A model generated the notes under the pieces. It was not told the origin of the DNA and did not search any database. It saw nothing but the letters and a program-made list of their open reading frames with translations. This document shows, piece by piece, positions 1 to 12,004 of a DNA stretch of 64,000 nt. The translations under genes were made by a program, and so were the position numbers. Origin of the DNA: an uncultured Nitrososphaeraceae archaeon (GTDB lineage: Archaea > Thermoproteota > Nitrososphaeria > Nitrososphaerales > Nitrososphaeraceae); NCBI GenBank assembly GCA_963837175.1, contig CAWIMJ010000008.1, positions 32,001 through 96,000 on the forward strand, written 5' to 3'. Numbering within the stretch: position 1 is the stretch's first letter; the number at the start of each line of letters is the position of its first letter.

Positions 1-354
1 TCTACCTCACATAGGTCCCTAGGCAGGTATTCTATCGACTCTTTTTCTAATGATCTAGACATATAGAAGCCATTTTAGTACGTGTCTGCTATCCGGATCT
101 GTTGACCCGAATGAAGTGATCGTCATCATTGAAGCCAGACTTAGTTTGCAGGAGGTTGGATTGTACGTAATTTTATAACTACAATTTGCCGACAGGCAAT
201 AATAAAGCCCAGAAAAATTGGGTTAATTGGATATTAATAAAAGAAAATATTTTACTAGATCTAGATGTATATCTTTATCTACCAAATGTCTATTGTGTGT
301 AGCGTACCACCATATTATACATAATATAAGTCAGGCAGTTCATTACTACAAATG

Positions 355-924
355 TCATACGTTTCTTGGGTATAACCAGCGGCGCAGCAATCTACTCAAG
401 ACAGGCATTGCTAAATAGGTAAGACCGACCACTAGTATTATATTTATAAGGATACCAGTAAGCAATGGCCATTGTCCTAAGTAAAGACTAAGGATATATT
501 GAGCTAGCGAGCTAATAGAGTATGCCCCAATGAATGAGACTATAGCCATTTTCCATCTAGGAGGAGCAACTATAGTTTTCAAGTCTGGCAGGGTAAACCA
601 CGTCTCCAGACCAGTCGCTCTCTCGTAATATCGAGTAGAGCAATTGTTCACTTCTTCCATTAGCTTGAGGGCTTCTTCTGATTTTTCCCATGCATCCAGC
701 GAGGCCTCATCGGAGAAGCGATTAATAATGTACCGCACAGATGAATTACTGCCTCCAGGCACGATTATTGTCGATCCAAGATAACCTGGAACCTTTCTCT
801 CTAACATCATATAACGCCGACCCCAGTCGTCGTAATCCTTCTCGTACCCGGTCTTTATTTTCCTACTGACGACCGCAGTAACTTCCTTTGGAGGGCGTTC
901 GTCATCTAGGCTTCTGTTATCCAT
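355..924 (-). CDS. Antibiotic biosynthesis monooxygenase (ABM)-like protein with C-terminal membrane helices
   Basis: N-terminal ABM-type pattern (VTAVVSRKIK..GYE..Y..W, PGYLG, RF...SLDAW..S) then GLETWF...PPRWKMA and hydrophobic helices typical of this family. Confidence 0.8.
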   Translation of the reverse strand: MDNRSLDDERPPKEVTAVVSRKIKTGYEKDYDDWGRRYMMLERKVPGYLGSTIIVPGGSNSSVRYIINRFSDEASLDAWEKSEEALKLMEEVNNCSTRYYERATGLETWFTLPDLKTIVAPPRWKMAIVSFIGAYSISSLAQYILSLYLGQWPLLTGILINIILVVGLTYLAMPVLSRLLRRWLYPRNV

Positions 925-2077
925 TGTTAAAATAAAGAGATATGAGTTAATAACTTAAACTGAGGTCTCTGATGTAAACACGCTGAGGCGATAGAAGTGT
1001 ATTTCTTAGCAACAATCAGGTTTCTGGTATTTTTTCTAATATTTGGATTAGTAGAAAAATCAGTGTTCTCGCAGTAGCGTCGGAATGGCTCATCTCTAAT
1101 TATGCGAAATATGTTCTTTATTTCATCTTTTTTCTTTTCTTGATATTAAATTTACCATGTTGTAATAGTTTGATTAAAGTTTGCATAGTATTAAAACCAC
1201 ATACCTTTTCCGCCACTAATAGTTTATGATGGCCGCCTGATCAAATCTTGCACACAGATCTGCATCCGCTAGCGCAACCCACAAATCAACATTAACATCC
1301 AAACATGGATTAGACGCATCTAAGGCTGCATTATGAACTATACATTTCATTTAGTGTATCGAGCTCTCTCTGGTATGCATCCAATTCCTCTTTAATCTCA
1401 AACTCCATCCATTCACATTTCTATGGATGAACCATCAGTTCTAGTAGCTGATAGGTAAGCAAGATTATGGCTGCATAGGGGTCCTGGTGGAGTTAGTGAT
1501 TATTCTACTTGGACTTTTACATATACTAATAAATATCATCTTATTACAAATTGAACAAACAATCTTACTTCTAAATTATCGTGTTTTACTAATAATGGTG
1601 CTGCTGCTAATATAACAAAAAGTTATAGTGTAAATGTGATTGGAGTAATGGAACCTTCCCAGAGGCAAGCTTCATTAGTAGCAGAACAACAGAGTAATGT
1701 TAGTGGTGGTATTAGTTCTTCTTCCTCTTCTTTACCTCCCATAAGGGAAGATAATAATACGAATGCAAAAACAACAACACCTACTAGTCCAGAATCAATT
1801 CCTTCTATTCCAATAACACCATCGCCATCTCCTGAATCTAGAGGCAATGAAGATACAACTATCTATTGGAATATACAATAGGATAATAAGTAGCTTCTTC
1901 TATTTTGAAGATAATAGATTTAAACGAGTCCTAACATGGGAATAATTATCATTAATTCCTATTGATAGATGAAAATTGTATGACAATCTTTAGGATACTG
2001 TACAATCTCGATTGGATCGATAATAATTATCAATAATATTATAAATTACTTCTTTAGTAAGGTATAGATGCATAATC

Positions 2078-3141
2078 ATGAGTCTTAAACCAAACGTTAT
2101 ATCAAAATTAGGAGTTATCCTATTATCCGCTATATTACTAACCGGAATATCCTTTATCCCTGTATTCCAAGCCGGGGTCTATGCGCAGAAGTTACAATCA
2201 CAACAACAAGCACCTCAGCAACGGAAGAATAATGTTGGGATTAGTCAACTAATAAAATAGATTGCACAACAAGTAGCAAACGGAACTGGTGCTCAACAAA
2301 CTCAGATTCTACAAACACTTAAACAAATAGCTCTTCAAATTTCTAATACAGAAGGAGGAGAAAGGGATAAGGTTGTGCATACTGTAAAAGTTATTCATGA
2401 TCATGTATCGAAGAATCACAAAGGTCGTGAATCAAAATCTATAGAAAGAATTACCATTTGCTACTTTAGCAATTGTCCTGGGGATACTTTTATTTACGCC
2501 CCTACATATAATTTTGATTCGCCTACATATAATTTCTATAATATTAGGACTTTAATAGCTCAAACTAGAGATCCAATAAATATACTAGGCGATGTAGCAA
2601 TTCAAGCAGCAGTAGGCTCACCAGGGACAGTACAGCGGTTAAACGAAATTACAGAGCAGGTGTCTCTTGAAAGTGGCGGTGATCCAGATGAGGTCAAAGG
2701 TGTAGTCCAAAATCTACCTCTTGAAACCTCGAACCAAGGAGGAAATACTCAAAAAGTTATAGATAATATCGCGAATGAGGTCAAACTACCTAACAATCCA
2801 GTTTCTAAATCATTAAACTCTCTTGCTATGGAAGAGAAACAAGGTAACTTTGAGGCTGTCAACATTAGCTGTAGAGAAAGTAGCGGAAGGCGTAGCTGGC
2901 GGTAATGATGTAGCACAAGTAGTAAAAACTGCAGCAGCTGAAGGAACAACAGGGGCAGCAGCATTAGAAGGTGAAGGAACAACAGAGACAGACACAGATG
3001 AAGGCAATGCGAGCTTTAGACTCAGGTGGCGGTGGAGGAGATAGTTCAGGCTCGAGCGACAGCGATAGCGGAGATTCTAGCAATTCATCTGATTCATCGA
3101 ATGGTGGTGGAGATGGAGGCGGCGGTGCAGAAGAACAATAG
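2078..3141 (+). pseudogene. Disrupted secreted Gln-rich protein with Gly/Ser/Asp tail
   Basis: Signal-peptide ORF 2078 stops at TAG 2258-2260 but continues in frame (IAQQVANG...) into ORF 2375; frameshifts near 2868 and 3015 join ORF 2823 and a DSGGGGGDSSGSSDSD...EEQ* tail ending at 3141. Confidence 0.7.
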
Positions 3142-3222
3142 GTCTTAATGTCTAGCTCCATATCAGATAACAACTTCATCTATCTTTTGATTCGTATTCT
3201 TCCGGTTTAATCATTCAGCCTT

Positions 3223-3591
3223 TTAGAAATCCAATAGTAAATCCTGCTGACATACTACTGTCAATCGGATACCAAAGCTTGTCATTGCTAACGAGGCTGT
3301 TGCAGCAGCCGCATGGTCATCAATATTACTACCTCCACTAATACTTGGAATCTGCATAATTAGATTTGAAAGTGTTATTAGTCCTCCTTCTGATACTGTT
3401 TGAAGTTTATTCCAGTTTACATTTAATATCTGATAATATTGGAGATATGCTAATCCAGCTAGAAATAATCCAATTATTACAGCTATTAATTTAATTACTT
3501 TCTTTAAAGCATAACCGATGAGTATTCCAGCAAAGAATCCCCCACCGCCCATAGTAGCTGCAGTTGGTATGAAACTATCAATAATGCTCAT
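3223..3591 (-). CDS. FUN14-family membrane protein, copy 1 (C-terminus frameshifted)
   Basis: GGGFFAGILIGYALKKVIK...GLAYLQY motif; paralog of 7147..7512; restoring one base near 3258 gives GSMSAGFTIGFLKG* like the paralog. Confidence 0.8.
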   Translation of the reverse strand: MSIIDSFIPTAATMGGGGFFAGILIGYALKKVIKLIAVIIGLFLAGLAYLQYYQILNVNWNKLQTVSEGGLITLSNLIMQIPSISGGSNIDDHAAAATASLAMTSFGIRLTVVCQQDLLLDF

Positions 3592-3641
3592 AATTCTAGA
3601 TACTGCTCCTTGGTTCAGTTGTCATTATGTAATGACTATTT

Positions 3642-3806
3642 TCATATCTTTAGTACTGCAGCATTCCTCTTTATAATAACAATGTCAAATATCAACATCC
3701 ATACTATGGATTGAAAACTAGTACTAGCGTATTTCATGCATAATGGGTCTTCTATATTTATTTGCTTATCTAGGGCCTTGACAACAATTAGTCTTTGTAG
3801 TAGCAT
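3642..3806 (-). CDS. Possible small ORF upstream of FUN14 copy 1 (homolog of 7516..7734)
   Basis: Reads MLLQRLIVVKALDKQINIEDPLCMKYASTSFQSIVWML..., co-linear with the ORF upstream of copy 2. Confidence 0.25.
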   Translation of the reverse strand: MLLQRLIVVKALDKQINIEDPLCMKYASTSFQSIVWMLIFDIVIIKRNAAVLKI

Positions 3807-3819
3807 ATTTAATCTATTT

Positions 3820-3853
3820 GTTTACTACAAGAGCTATAGCTTTTGTAGTAGAC
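3820..3853. promoter_or_regulatory. 34-nt near-perfect palindrome, conserved element copy 1
   Basis: GTTTACTACAAGAGCTATAGCTTTTGTAGTAGAC; homologs at 7747-7777 and about 40011-40040. Confidence 0.55.
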
Positions 3854-4124
3854 TTTTCTATCCAATATTATATAGTCAACACAACTTGCAGCAGCATCTT
3901 TGCTTTATCCGACGACTTTTACAGCTTCTCTATCTGACGAAGACTTGACAGCATAAACCGGATAAGGAGTGACGAAGCACACTTTCTTTTACGTAGGGTT
4001 TTTACGTCAAAAAAATAGAATTGACGGAAAGGTAAGTTATACCTTAATCCTCACCGCAGAGTTCTATTGCAAGCCGATATAATCTGATCCCCCGCACAAG
4101 GTATATTCTTCCATTAGGCCATCT

Positions 4125-4976
4125 TTACTTTCCTTTTGTTGCATTTAGGATTAATTCGGCGGTCTGATCTGGTTGTGATACAAGCGAGGCATGGCTAGAG
4201 TTAACTGAGACAGTGGTAGCATTCATTTGTTTTGCGAAGAGACGTTCGGTATCAGGAGGAATCATGTGATCGGCCTCAGAAATTTGATACCATGTTGGTA
4301 ATTGCTTCCATGCTGGAGGGCCAGATTTCTCGCCAAAGATCGATTGATTAAAGGGCTTCTGCACAATAGCCATGATGTCAGCCTCAGTGGGATCAACATC
4401 TTGAGCAAAGGCTCCGGGGAACATGGCTGGGTTTAAGTAGATAAATCCTCCACTGTCGAGAATCAAGAGATCTTTCGGCAACTTTGTTGCGTCGACGAAA
4501 TCCGAGAGTGATTGCCCCTCATCTGGAGCAAATGCGGCAATGTAAACAAGTCCTGTGACATTGGGATTATTATAAGCAGCATTTGTGATCACCAATCCAC
4601 CATAAGAGTGTCCTACAAGAATCGTTGGTCCACCAAGTTGCTCAACTGCACGTTTTACTGTAGCGACATCATCTGCTAGAGAGTGGAGAGGAAGTTGAAC
4701 AGCGATAACACGATGTCCTGCGTTCTTTAGAATAGGAATTTCTTTGCTCCATGTAGATCCATCAGCCCAAGCTCCATGGACTAGAACAATATTAGTAGCG
4801 TTTGTTGTTGTCATAGCCGGTATACCCTGAGGTTGCATTAATGTCTTATTCTCTGGAGTAGCCAGCCCAACATTTGTGGTTGATGCAAGACTAGTGATGA
4901 TTGCAATACTTAGGCACAATAAAATTAAGACCTTTTGTTTTGATCTTATTCTATACATTTCATCGTTGCAATGCAT
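4125..4976 (-). CDS. Secreted alpha/beta hydrolase (Abhydrolase_6-like)
   Basis: IVLVHGAWADG, GHSYGG nucleophile motif, D(HMIPP), SSH catalytic His; N-terminal signal-like hydrophobic segment. Confidence 0.9.
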   Translation of the reverse strand: MHCNDEMYRIRSKQKVLILLCLSIAIITSLASTTNVGLATPENKTLMQPQGIPAMTTTNATNIVLVHGAWADGSTWSKEIPILKNAGHRVIAVQLPLHSLADDVATVKRAVEQLGGPTILVGHSYGGLVITNAAYNNPNVTGLVYIAAFAPDEGQSLSDFVDATKLPKDLLILDSGGFIYLNPAMFPGAFAQDVDPTEADIMAIVQKPFNQSIFGEKSGPPAWKQLPTWYQISEADHMIPPDTERLFAKQMNATTVSVNSSHASLVSQPDQTAELILNATKGK

Positions 4977-5081
4977 TACCGCTTCAATTCACACACTTAT
5001 TATTAAAGAGTTGTTGCTAAGTGGTAAGATAGTCTATGTAGTTATTAGTATTGAACATAAGAGTACAAGTTGACTAACGCG

Positions 5082-6999
5082 TTATCTTATCTTTATCTTT
5101 ATTGCTCTTAAATAAGAGATAGAATCATTCTCAGCACCTATCATCAATGTATAATCTCCTGACTTTAACTCTGTTGAAGGTGTAAAGGTAAATGAAATCT
5201 CTTTTTCTTCTCCTGCATCCATCGAAATTGATTCCTTACTAAAATATCCTGTAGAATTTCCGAGATCTCCTGTAGAAGTAAATGTTCCTGATGAGATCAT
5301 ACGAATGTTATCTATATGTGAAGCAGAAGAAGATAATGATCGTGATTCTGCTATCGCTTTAACTCTGAATTTAATTTTTTCACTCTCATCTCTCTTCACT
5401 GTTAATTCTTTATCTGATTTGTAAATATCTACTGAAAATGGCAAGTTTTTGTCGTTATCTGATTCTAATCTGCCAATCTTATTTTCTGACCATTCTGTAA
5501 ACCAAATCTCATCATCATCACGATCTTGTCCTATAGAGAACTGCAATACATTGGCAATTCCGCATGTCTGGTTGCTGCTACTATTATTATTGATACTATT
5601 ACTATCAATGTTATTGCTGTTGTTGTCATAATTAGAACAGACACCCCATAACCTGTTCTGTGTTGGAACCCAATACTCAATTAGTTTCATATTTGAAGGA
5701 TCAAATTTAGCTATCTTATTTCCTTGTTGTTCATTAAACCATATAGACCCTTCATTTGATTTCTTAATCCATGATGGTTGAGTATAACTGTTTTTGTAAA
5801 TACTGCTAAGATTGCTATTGTTATTAATAGTATTTCTATGACCAAAAACCCTGGAAGAAGTTTTTGATGTTACAAACTTTAGTATATTATTAATATTATT
5901 ATTATCATCATCATCCTTACCTTCTGGATCTAACTTGTAAAATATACTTGTACCTGGATTTGTAATCCATAAATCACCGTCATGATGATGGACATCATCT
6001 ACAACTATTCCCCAAGGAGAGCTTATTCCCTGCTGCCTGGTGCTCTTCAGACAAATTATATACATTAAAAGATTCTGTGTCTAAATCATATTTGAAAATT
6101 TGACCTCTCTGTGCTGCATAAGATAGTACTGAAATCCATATTGCATTTCTTTTATTATCAAATGCAATTGATCCAGTAGTAATATAAACTGGGTCTATTC
6201 CTTTAAATCCTTCCTCAATAGGAATATGAATTTGAGAAATTCCTTCCGATGTTCCATTCTTCATTTCAGCTATATCTGCAATCCATAGTGAAGGAGAATA
6301 TGTACCTACAAAATAAATAATATTCTCATTGTTCGGATCAAATTCAATTGATATTGGATAGGTCGTGCCAAATGACTCTGATTCACCTGGGATGTGGTAT
6401 TTTTCAAATGTTTTTGAAGATTTAATATATCTCCATATTGCATTTTGCTGTTCATCTGTAAACCATACATCTCCTCCTCCTCCTTTTCTTCTGTTATCTA
6501 TCTCTATATCCCATACCTGTGAGAACTCACTCTGACTCTCACGTACTTTCCATTCTGGGATGCGCTCTGCTTGATTAAATTTGTCTTTTTTTAAATCGTA
6601 GCTTCCTAAAAGACCTTTTTTTGTTGATATATACCAAACCTTGTTATCTACATCGTCAATTGCTATCCCTAATGGCATTTCACAAGTTTGTGGAAGGACA
6701 TATTCAATTATGTATTGATTGGAATTGGATTCTGAATTAACACCACAAAATCCCCTCTGAAAAGTTTCAAGTTTGTTGGTTAGCTCCTCTGTTGCTTGTT
6801 TTCGCTTCCCTATATTATCCTCATTAAGATTTGTCTCATTTGTCCCTAATTTCTGCTTGATGGCTTTATCTTCGTGTTCTTTATCCATCAGCTCGGCAGA
6901 TGCAGATGTAGCTGGCGCTGTGAGCACTTGAGTGAAGAGTATTAAACTAACTATCACCACTCCTATCGGATGACAAATAACAAACAGATTTAGCTGCAT
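5082..6999 (-). pseudogene. Secreted Vgb (virginiamycin B lyase)-like beta-propeller protein, split by one frameshift
   Basis: Repeated PxGI..D..VW, IWFTE..NKIG blades across two overlapping ORFs (5995-6999, 5082-6065); the join near 6025 reads EHQAAG/ISSPWGIVVD. Confidence 0.75.
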
Positions 7000-7146
7000 C
7001 TTGATTATACCCCTATACTGTTATCATAATATTTGGATTGAAGATAAAATGACCTATGAATAGGTTACTGTCTTTAACTACTAATTGGTATTATTTAGTG
7101 TACACACATAGAAATCTAATTAGTGAAATGCTTACTTCTTTTATCG

Positions 7147-7512
7147 TCATCCTTTGATAAATCCAATAGTAAATCCGGCTGATATACTACCTGTAAGAGG
7201 AATACCAAAGCTAGTCATTGCTAGTGAGGCTGTTGTTGCAGCAGCATGACTATCGGCAGTACCACTTATACCTGGAATCTGTGTACTTAAATTTGCTAGT
7301 GTTGTAATAGCACTTTCAGACATCTGCTGAAGTTTATTCCAGTTTATGTTAGCTATCTGATGATATTGTAAATAAGCTAATCCAGCCAAGAATAATCCGA
7401 CTATTACAGCTACTAATTTAATTACTTTCTTCAACGCATAACCAATTAGAACACCTACAAAGAAGCCGCCTCCCATAGCAGCTGCTGTTGGTCCGAGGCT
7501 TTCAATGCTCAT
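7147..7512 (-). CDS. FUN14-family membrane protein, copy 2 (intact)
   Basis: GGGFFVGVLIGYALKKVIK...SFGIPLTGSISAGFTIGFIKG. Confidence 0.85.
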   Translation of the reverse strand: MSIESLGPTAAAMGGGFFVGVLIGYALKKVIKLVAVIVGLFLAGLAYLQYHQIANINWNKLQQMSESAITTLANLSTQIPGISGTADSHAAATTASLAMTSFGIPLTGSISAGFTIGFIKG

Positions 7513-7515
7513 ATT

Positions 7516-7734
7516 TTAAATGCTACTCCTTAGATTAGTTGTAATTATCATTATGCTATGACTGCTACTACTTAGATACCTCTGTAGTGATACAGTCCTG
7601 TATATAGTAACGTTAACAGCTATGATCATCCAGTCTATGGAATGAAAACTGGTAATAGCATCTTTTGCGTAAAACGTATCTTCAATATCTATTTGCCATT
7701 CTAAGGCTTTGACAATTTGACATTGTTGTAGCAT
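7516..7734 (-). CDS. Possible small ORF upstream of FUN14 copy 2
   Basis: Stops 3 nt before the FUN14 start; homologous frame at 3642..3806. Confidence 0.25.
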   Translation of the reverse strand: MLQQCQIVKALEWQIDIEDTFYAKDAITSFHSIDWMIIAVNVTIYRTVSLQRYLSSSSHSIMIITTNLRSSI

Positions 7735-7746
7735 GTAATCAATTTT

Positions 7747-7777
7747 GTCTATAAAAGCTATAGCTTTTGTAATAGAC
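7747..7777. promoter_or_regulatory. Palindromic conserved element copy 2
   Basis: Perfect 16-bp palindrome AAAAGCTATAGCTTTT (7753-7768) inside GTCTAT...ATAGAC. Confidence 0.55.
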
Positions 7778-8390
7778 TTTTCTATTCAATATTAATAGAA
7801 TTATAATCAACATAACTTTGCATCGGTGTCTTTGGTTTATCCTTCCTCTCACTCTCTCTTGGGTACATCAAATCTTATTTTGCGTGATAAATGACGATAC
7901 ATTATTGAAGTCGAACGAACCACAATCAGGATCACCCCTATTAAGAACACTCGAGGACATCCTCTATAACAGAATCAAGCAGAAGAAAGTGGAAATAAGC
8001 CCCTCAGATTAAACCTTTGACAGACAAGATATTGACAGAGATAGAGATATTGCAACGGGTATTGGGACAGAGTGTTTCTATCATAAGACGAGTCGGCAAT
8101 GAGCGATATTACTACTAATAGGACCAGGGGAAATATGGAGTGAACAAATAGATATTGAGAAGAGGAACAGAGCTTGATAAGTAGGAGATTAACTGGCTTT
8201 GCTACTACTACTATATAATAGAAGTAATAATCATATCCCGTACTATATATTACTGATATATGATCTTCTCCTTAATCCCTACTAAATACTATGAATAATA
8301 CAATTACTTTTGCCGCATATATGAGTTGAAAGAAGCATATATTGTTTCCAGACAGTAACTTTTTTTTATCTGTACGTGCTGGTATGGATT

Positions 8391-8519
8391 ATGGAAACAA
8401 AAGGAGATGAGCATCTACACCACCCATTATGTGAGATTTGCCAAAAGGAATTTAAAAGTACCCATGAATTAAGTATACACATAGATCAAGTTCATAGGAG
8501 CAAAGATAGAACATCATAG
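8391..8519 (+). CDS. C2H2 zinc-finger microprotein (42 aa)
   Basis: METKGDEHLHHPLCEICQKEFKSTHELSIHIDQVHRSKDRTS*: C-x2-C-x3-F-x5-L-x2-H-x4-H; below the ORF-track cutoff. Confidence 0.8.
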   Translation: METKGDEHLHHPLCEICQKEFKSTHELSIHIDQVHRSKDRTS

Positions 8520-8950
8520 CAATAAGATCATCCTTTTTATTCCCTGAAAAGCACAATTTACAATACACAGAGAAAGACAAAAAGACAGATTAAATATATG
8601 CAACTTGGCTTAATATGGTTAATTAAGTAAAACAAGAAAATAGGAGATCTTCGCGAGAATATCAAGCAACGAAGTATCAAAAAAGGGCATAGGAGATTAG
8701 TAAACCTCTAGTGAATTATATATTTAGTCAATGATCAAATATACGCTTTTGATCGGTAATCTACAACGAAGAGAATCCGATTTGGAGTCATGTCGTTCGA
8801 GATTCATCATTCCAGAATTAATTGGCTTCGCTTGTTCCGGCATAATGATATATTATGGACGGTCAAGAAAAAAGTAATGAAAACAGAATATTCCTTATAC
8901 AAAATGATTTATTGTAATATGACTTTTTGTTTTAGGTTTGATATAGATAT

Positions 8951-10640
8951 ATGGTAAAAGAGAAAAAAGGAGAAGTCAACATCAAAGATAATGTTGACAA
9001 ACCAGCAGCAGCAGCATCGCGATCGCTACCCATATCAAATAATACTTCAGCTAAGAAGAACACGATATCTACTTCCGCATGGTTGACTTTGGCTATTTTG
9101 GGTTCGTCTATCTTACTTACTATGTATGGCGAGACGATGTTATTACCTGCTGTTCCTGACATTATAACAGAATTTAACATTTCTTACAATACCTCCTCCT
9201 GGATACTTACTGCATATCTTATTGCTGGTGCTGTTATGACTCCGATTAGTGGAAAGCTTTCAGACATTTATGGAAGAAAGAAAATGGTATTGATTATAAT
9301 GGTGATTTATATTATCGGTATTTTTCTTGGAGGATTATCTTCGAACATAACAATTCTTATTATTTCGAGAATAATTCAAGGCATTGGTATTTCTATGTTC
9401 CCTATAGCGTTTGGTATTGTAAGAGACCAATTTCCACCAGAAAAGCTTGCAATAGGTGTGGGAACATTTAGCGCTATGTTTGCTGCTGGCTCTGTAGTGG
9501 GCTTAGCAATAGGAGGAAGTATAATCCAGCACTTTGGATGGCGAATGACATTTCTCTCGATAATCCCTATTGCTATTCTATTATGGTTTATAATTAAAAG
9601 GTTCATCTATGACGCTAATACTAATCAAGAAGAAGTAATACAAAATTCTTCATTAGAAAAAAGTAAGTCTATTCCTTCCTCCACCATTGAACGAACATAC
9701 AGGTACTAATGTTGATTGTAATAGATTAAACGATTTGAAAAGTGTTTCCAACACCAAATCGATCGACATAAAAGGTGCAATAACTTTAGCTGCTGCAATA
9801 ACCTCATTTCTAATTGTTCTCTCTTATTTGGAAATGGGTATTAGCACTATTGGTGCAGGCCGAGATGGGGAAGATAGCAGTAGCACTCCAATTCATCTCA
9901 TTGTAGGCTTCGTTATTATAGGAATTATTTCATTAATGTCATTTATAATTATAGAAAAGAAGACGAAATCACCATTGATTGATTTTAAGTTGTTAAATAA
10001 TAAAATTATTCTTCTTGCCAACTTCTTATTGCTAATTAGCTTTCTTACAATGTTCACAGTATATCAAACTATACCTATTCTAGTAAGGAGTCCTTTTCCA
10101 GTAGGAGGATTCGAAGGAGATGCAATAACTACAGCAAATATCCAGCTTCCATTTATGATTGTATTTCTATTATTTGCTCCTTCTTCTGGCTTTGTAATTT
10201 CCAAATTAGGAAATATAAAACCCACGCTTATAGGAACTATAATTAGCACGATAGGATTCTTTTGTATATTTCTTTTACATTCTACAGAGACTATGTTAGC
10301 AGGAACGCTGGCTATAATAGCAACCGGATTATCATTGACACAGGTTGGAGGATTTAATATCGTCCTTGAATCTACACCAAGACAATTCAGTGGAATATCC
10401 CTTGGCATGACAGTTCTGTTAAACCTTATTGGAGGAGCAATAGGGCCTGCTATTGCAGGAATATATATGCAGACAAATCAAGTATTTGTCAATGGTTCTT
10501 TATTTCCATCTTCACAATCCTACAATCTGATATTTGTCACTGCTCCTCTGGTCTCATTGATATCCGTTATCCTTGCATTACTTATCAAGAAAGGAAGCAT
10601 CTCAAATGCCAAAAGTACTCCAATGGAGGAGGTACATTAA
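8951..10640 (+). pseudogene. MFS drug:H+ antiporter (DHA2/EmrB-like), split by a frameshift in the central loop
   Basis: SWILTAYL, GKLSDIYGRK motif A, RIIQGIG, FGWR; second half IDIKGAI..PLIDF in overlapping ORF 9687. Confidence 0.85.
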
Positions 10641-10999
10641 GTGGATAGTAAATAGAAGTAAGGTATCTAATACTGTATATATAATATCTACATATATATC
10701 AAATATGCACAACACTAGTATTCATACATGATTTACACATTAGATTCAGATAGTGATATTTGTCAACACTGAGCATTCTAAATTATAGATAGTTAAATAT
10801 AGATAGTATTGGATAAATCATGAAATCTGTTAAATAATGTGATATTTAATCATTGATTTTTATAGAGAGATACACGAATTATTTAAGAATTTTACATGAC
10901 TCAATTCTGGGAGATATCAGCCCTTATATTGATTTAAAATAACCATGTTAAGCTTAGTTTAAGTACTCATATTGCATCTCAATATCTCGAAATACTACG

Positions 11000-11164
11000 A
11001 TGGTGTTATTTTTTAAAAGAAATAAAAAGGAAAAGGACGATAATAGATCCGTCACATGCAAGCATTGTGATATGCGATTTGAAGATAAGGAGCGATTAAA
11101 GGTGCACTCCAGAAAAGCTCATACTGGAAGAGGTGAGAGAAAAAAGAAGGATCATGGATTTTAA
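11000..11164 (+). CDS. C2H2 zinc-finger microprotein (54 aa, basic)
   Basis: MVLFFKRNKKEKDDNRSVTCKHCDMRFEDKERLKVHSRKAHTGRGERKKKDHGF*; canonical C2H2 spacing plus HTG linker. Confidence 0.85.
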   Translation: MVLFFKRNKKEKDDNRSVTCKHCDMRFEDKERLKVHSRKAHTGRGERKKKDHGF

Positions 11165-11605
11165 AACGCCGATTCTACAAAACGTCCAATTATAATGGAA
11201 TCACTAAATGATGAGATGAGATATTATTGTCTCTTATATTCTATATATCTTAACAAGTTACTTTATCGATAATAAATAGTTCTTATCAAGACATCTCCGT
11301 TTAAATTTTATTTTATGATTGTTATAAAGTTTAAGCTCTTGTGGAAATTTATACCCTATGATAGCGGCTATTTAGTATAGTTGCAGTCAGAGTTGTCATG
11401 GATGTGATATAGACTGAAATGCTGATATTCACATATTAGTGGACAGAGCAAAAAAATTATCTTATGCATAGGAACCTAGACCTTGAATAGAAAAAACAAC
11501 ATTTTATTTCAGAATACTCCAGTATATTTTTATTTTAATAATGTCGATTAACTATGTTAATCATTACCTAAATATCATGTGTTTTCTATGTGATGACAAT
11601 GAGAC

Positions 11606-12004
11606 ATGGGCTTCGAAGATAATGATGTAAGATTCAAGGCATCACGCCGTGATATCCTTAGCCTAGTTGATGGCTTTATAGAGCGGGTGTTTCAGATAAG
11701 AAAAACATTTCTAAGAGTTTCTCTTTCGGCTGTAATATTAGCACCTCTGGCAATAGCACTTTCAACCTTCCTATTATTACATCCTTCATTCTTTGCTGTC
11801 CTGGAAATAGAAAATGAGTTTGGATTCGCTCTGTGTTTATTGTTAGGTGCAGTTATTATTATTTCGTCTATATGGCTGATAACAGGAATTAGACAATATC
11901 TTTTGATAAATTCTTGGAACAAAAGGTTCAATGAATATTTAAAAGAAAAGCAAGAAATAGATAGCAATATTGCATCACAATATGGTTCAGGTCAAAATGA
12001 TTAA
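11606..12004 (+). CDS. Conserved two-TM membrane protein, unknown function
   Basis: Two hydrophobic helices and a charged tail; clean ATG-started ORF. Confidence 0.7.
   Translation: MGFEDNDVRFKASRRDILSLVDGFIERVFQIRKTFLRVSLSAVILAPLAIALSTFLLLHPSFFAVLEIENEFGFALCLLLGAVIIISSIWLITGIRQYLLINSWNKRFNEYLKEKQEIDSNIASQYGSGQND

Noticed and set aside
1636-1881. Ser/Thr/Pro-rich ORF as a real gene
   Set aside because: Low complexity with no clear start context; likely a fragment
2258-2260. In-frame TAG as pyrrolysine or programmed read-through
   Set aside because: Context IK*IAQQ fits a CAG-to-TAG mutation, and the gene has two further frameshifts
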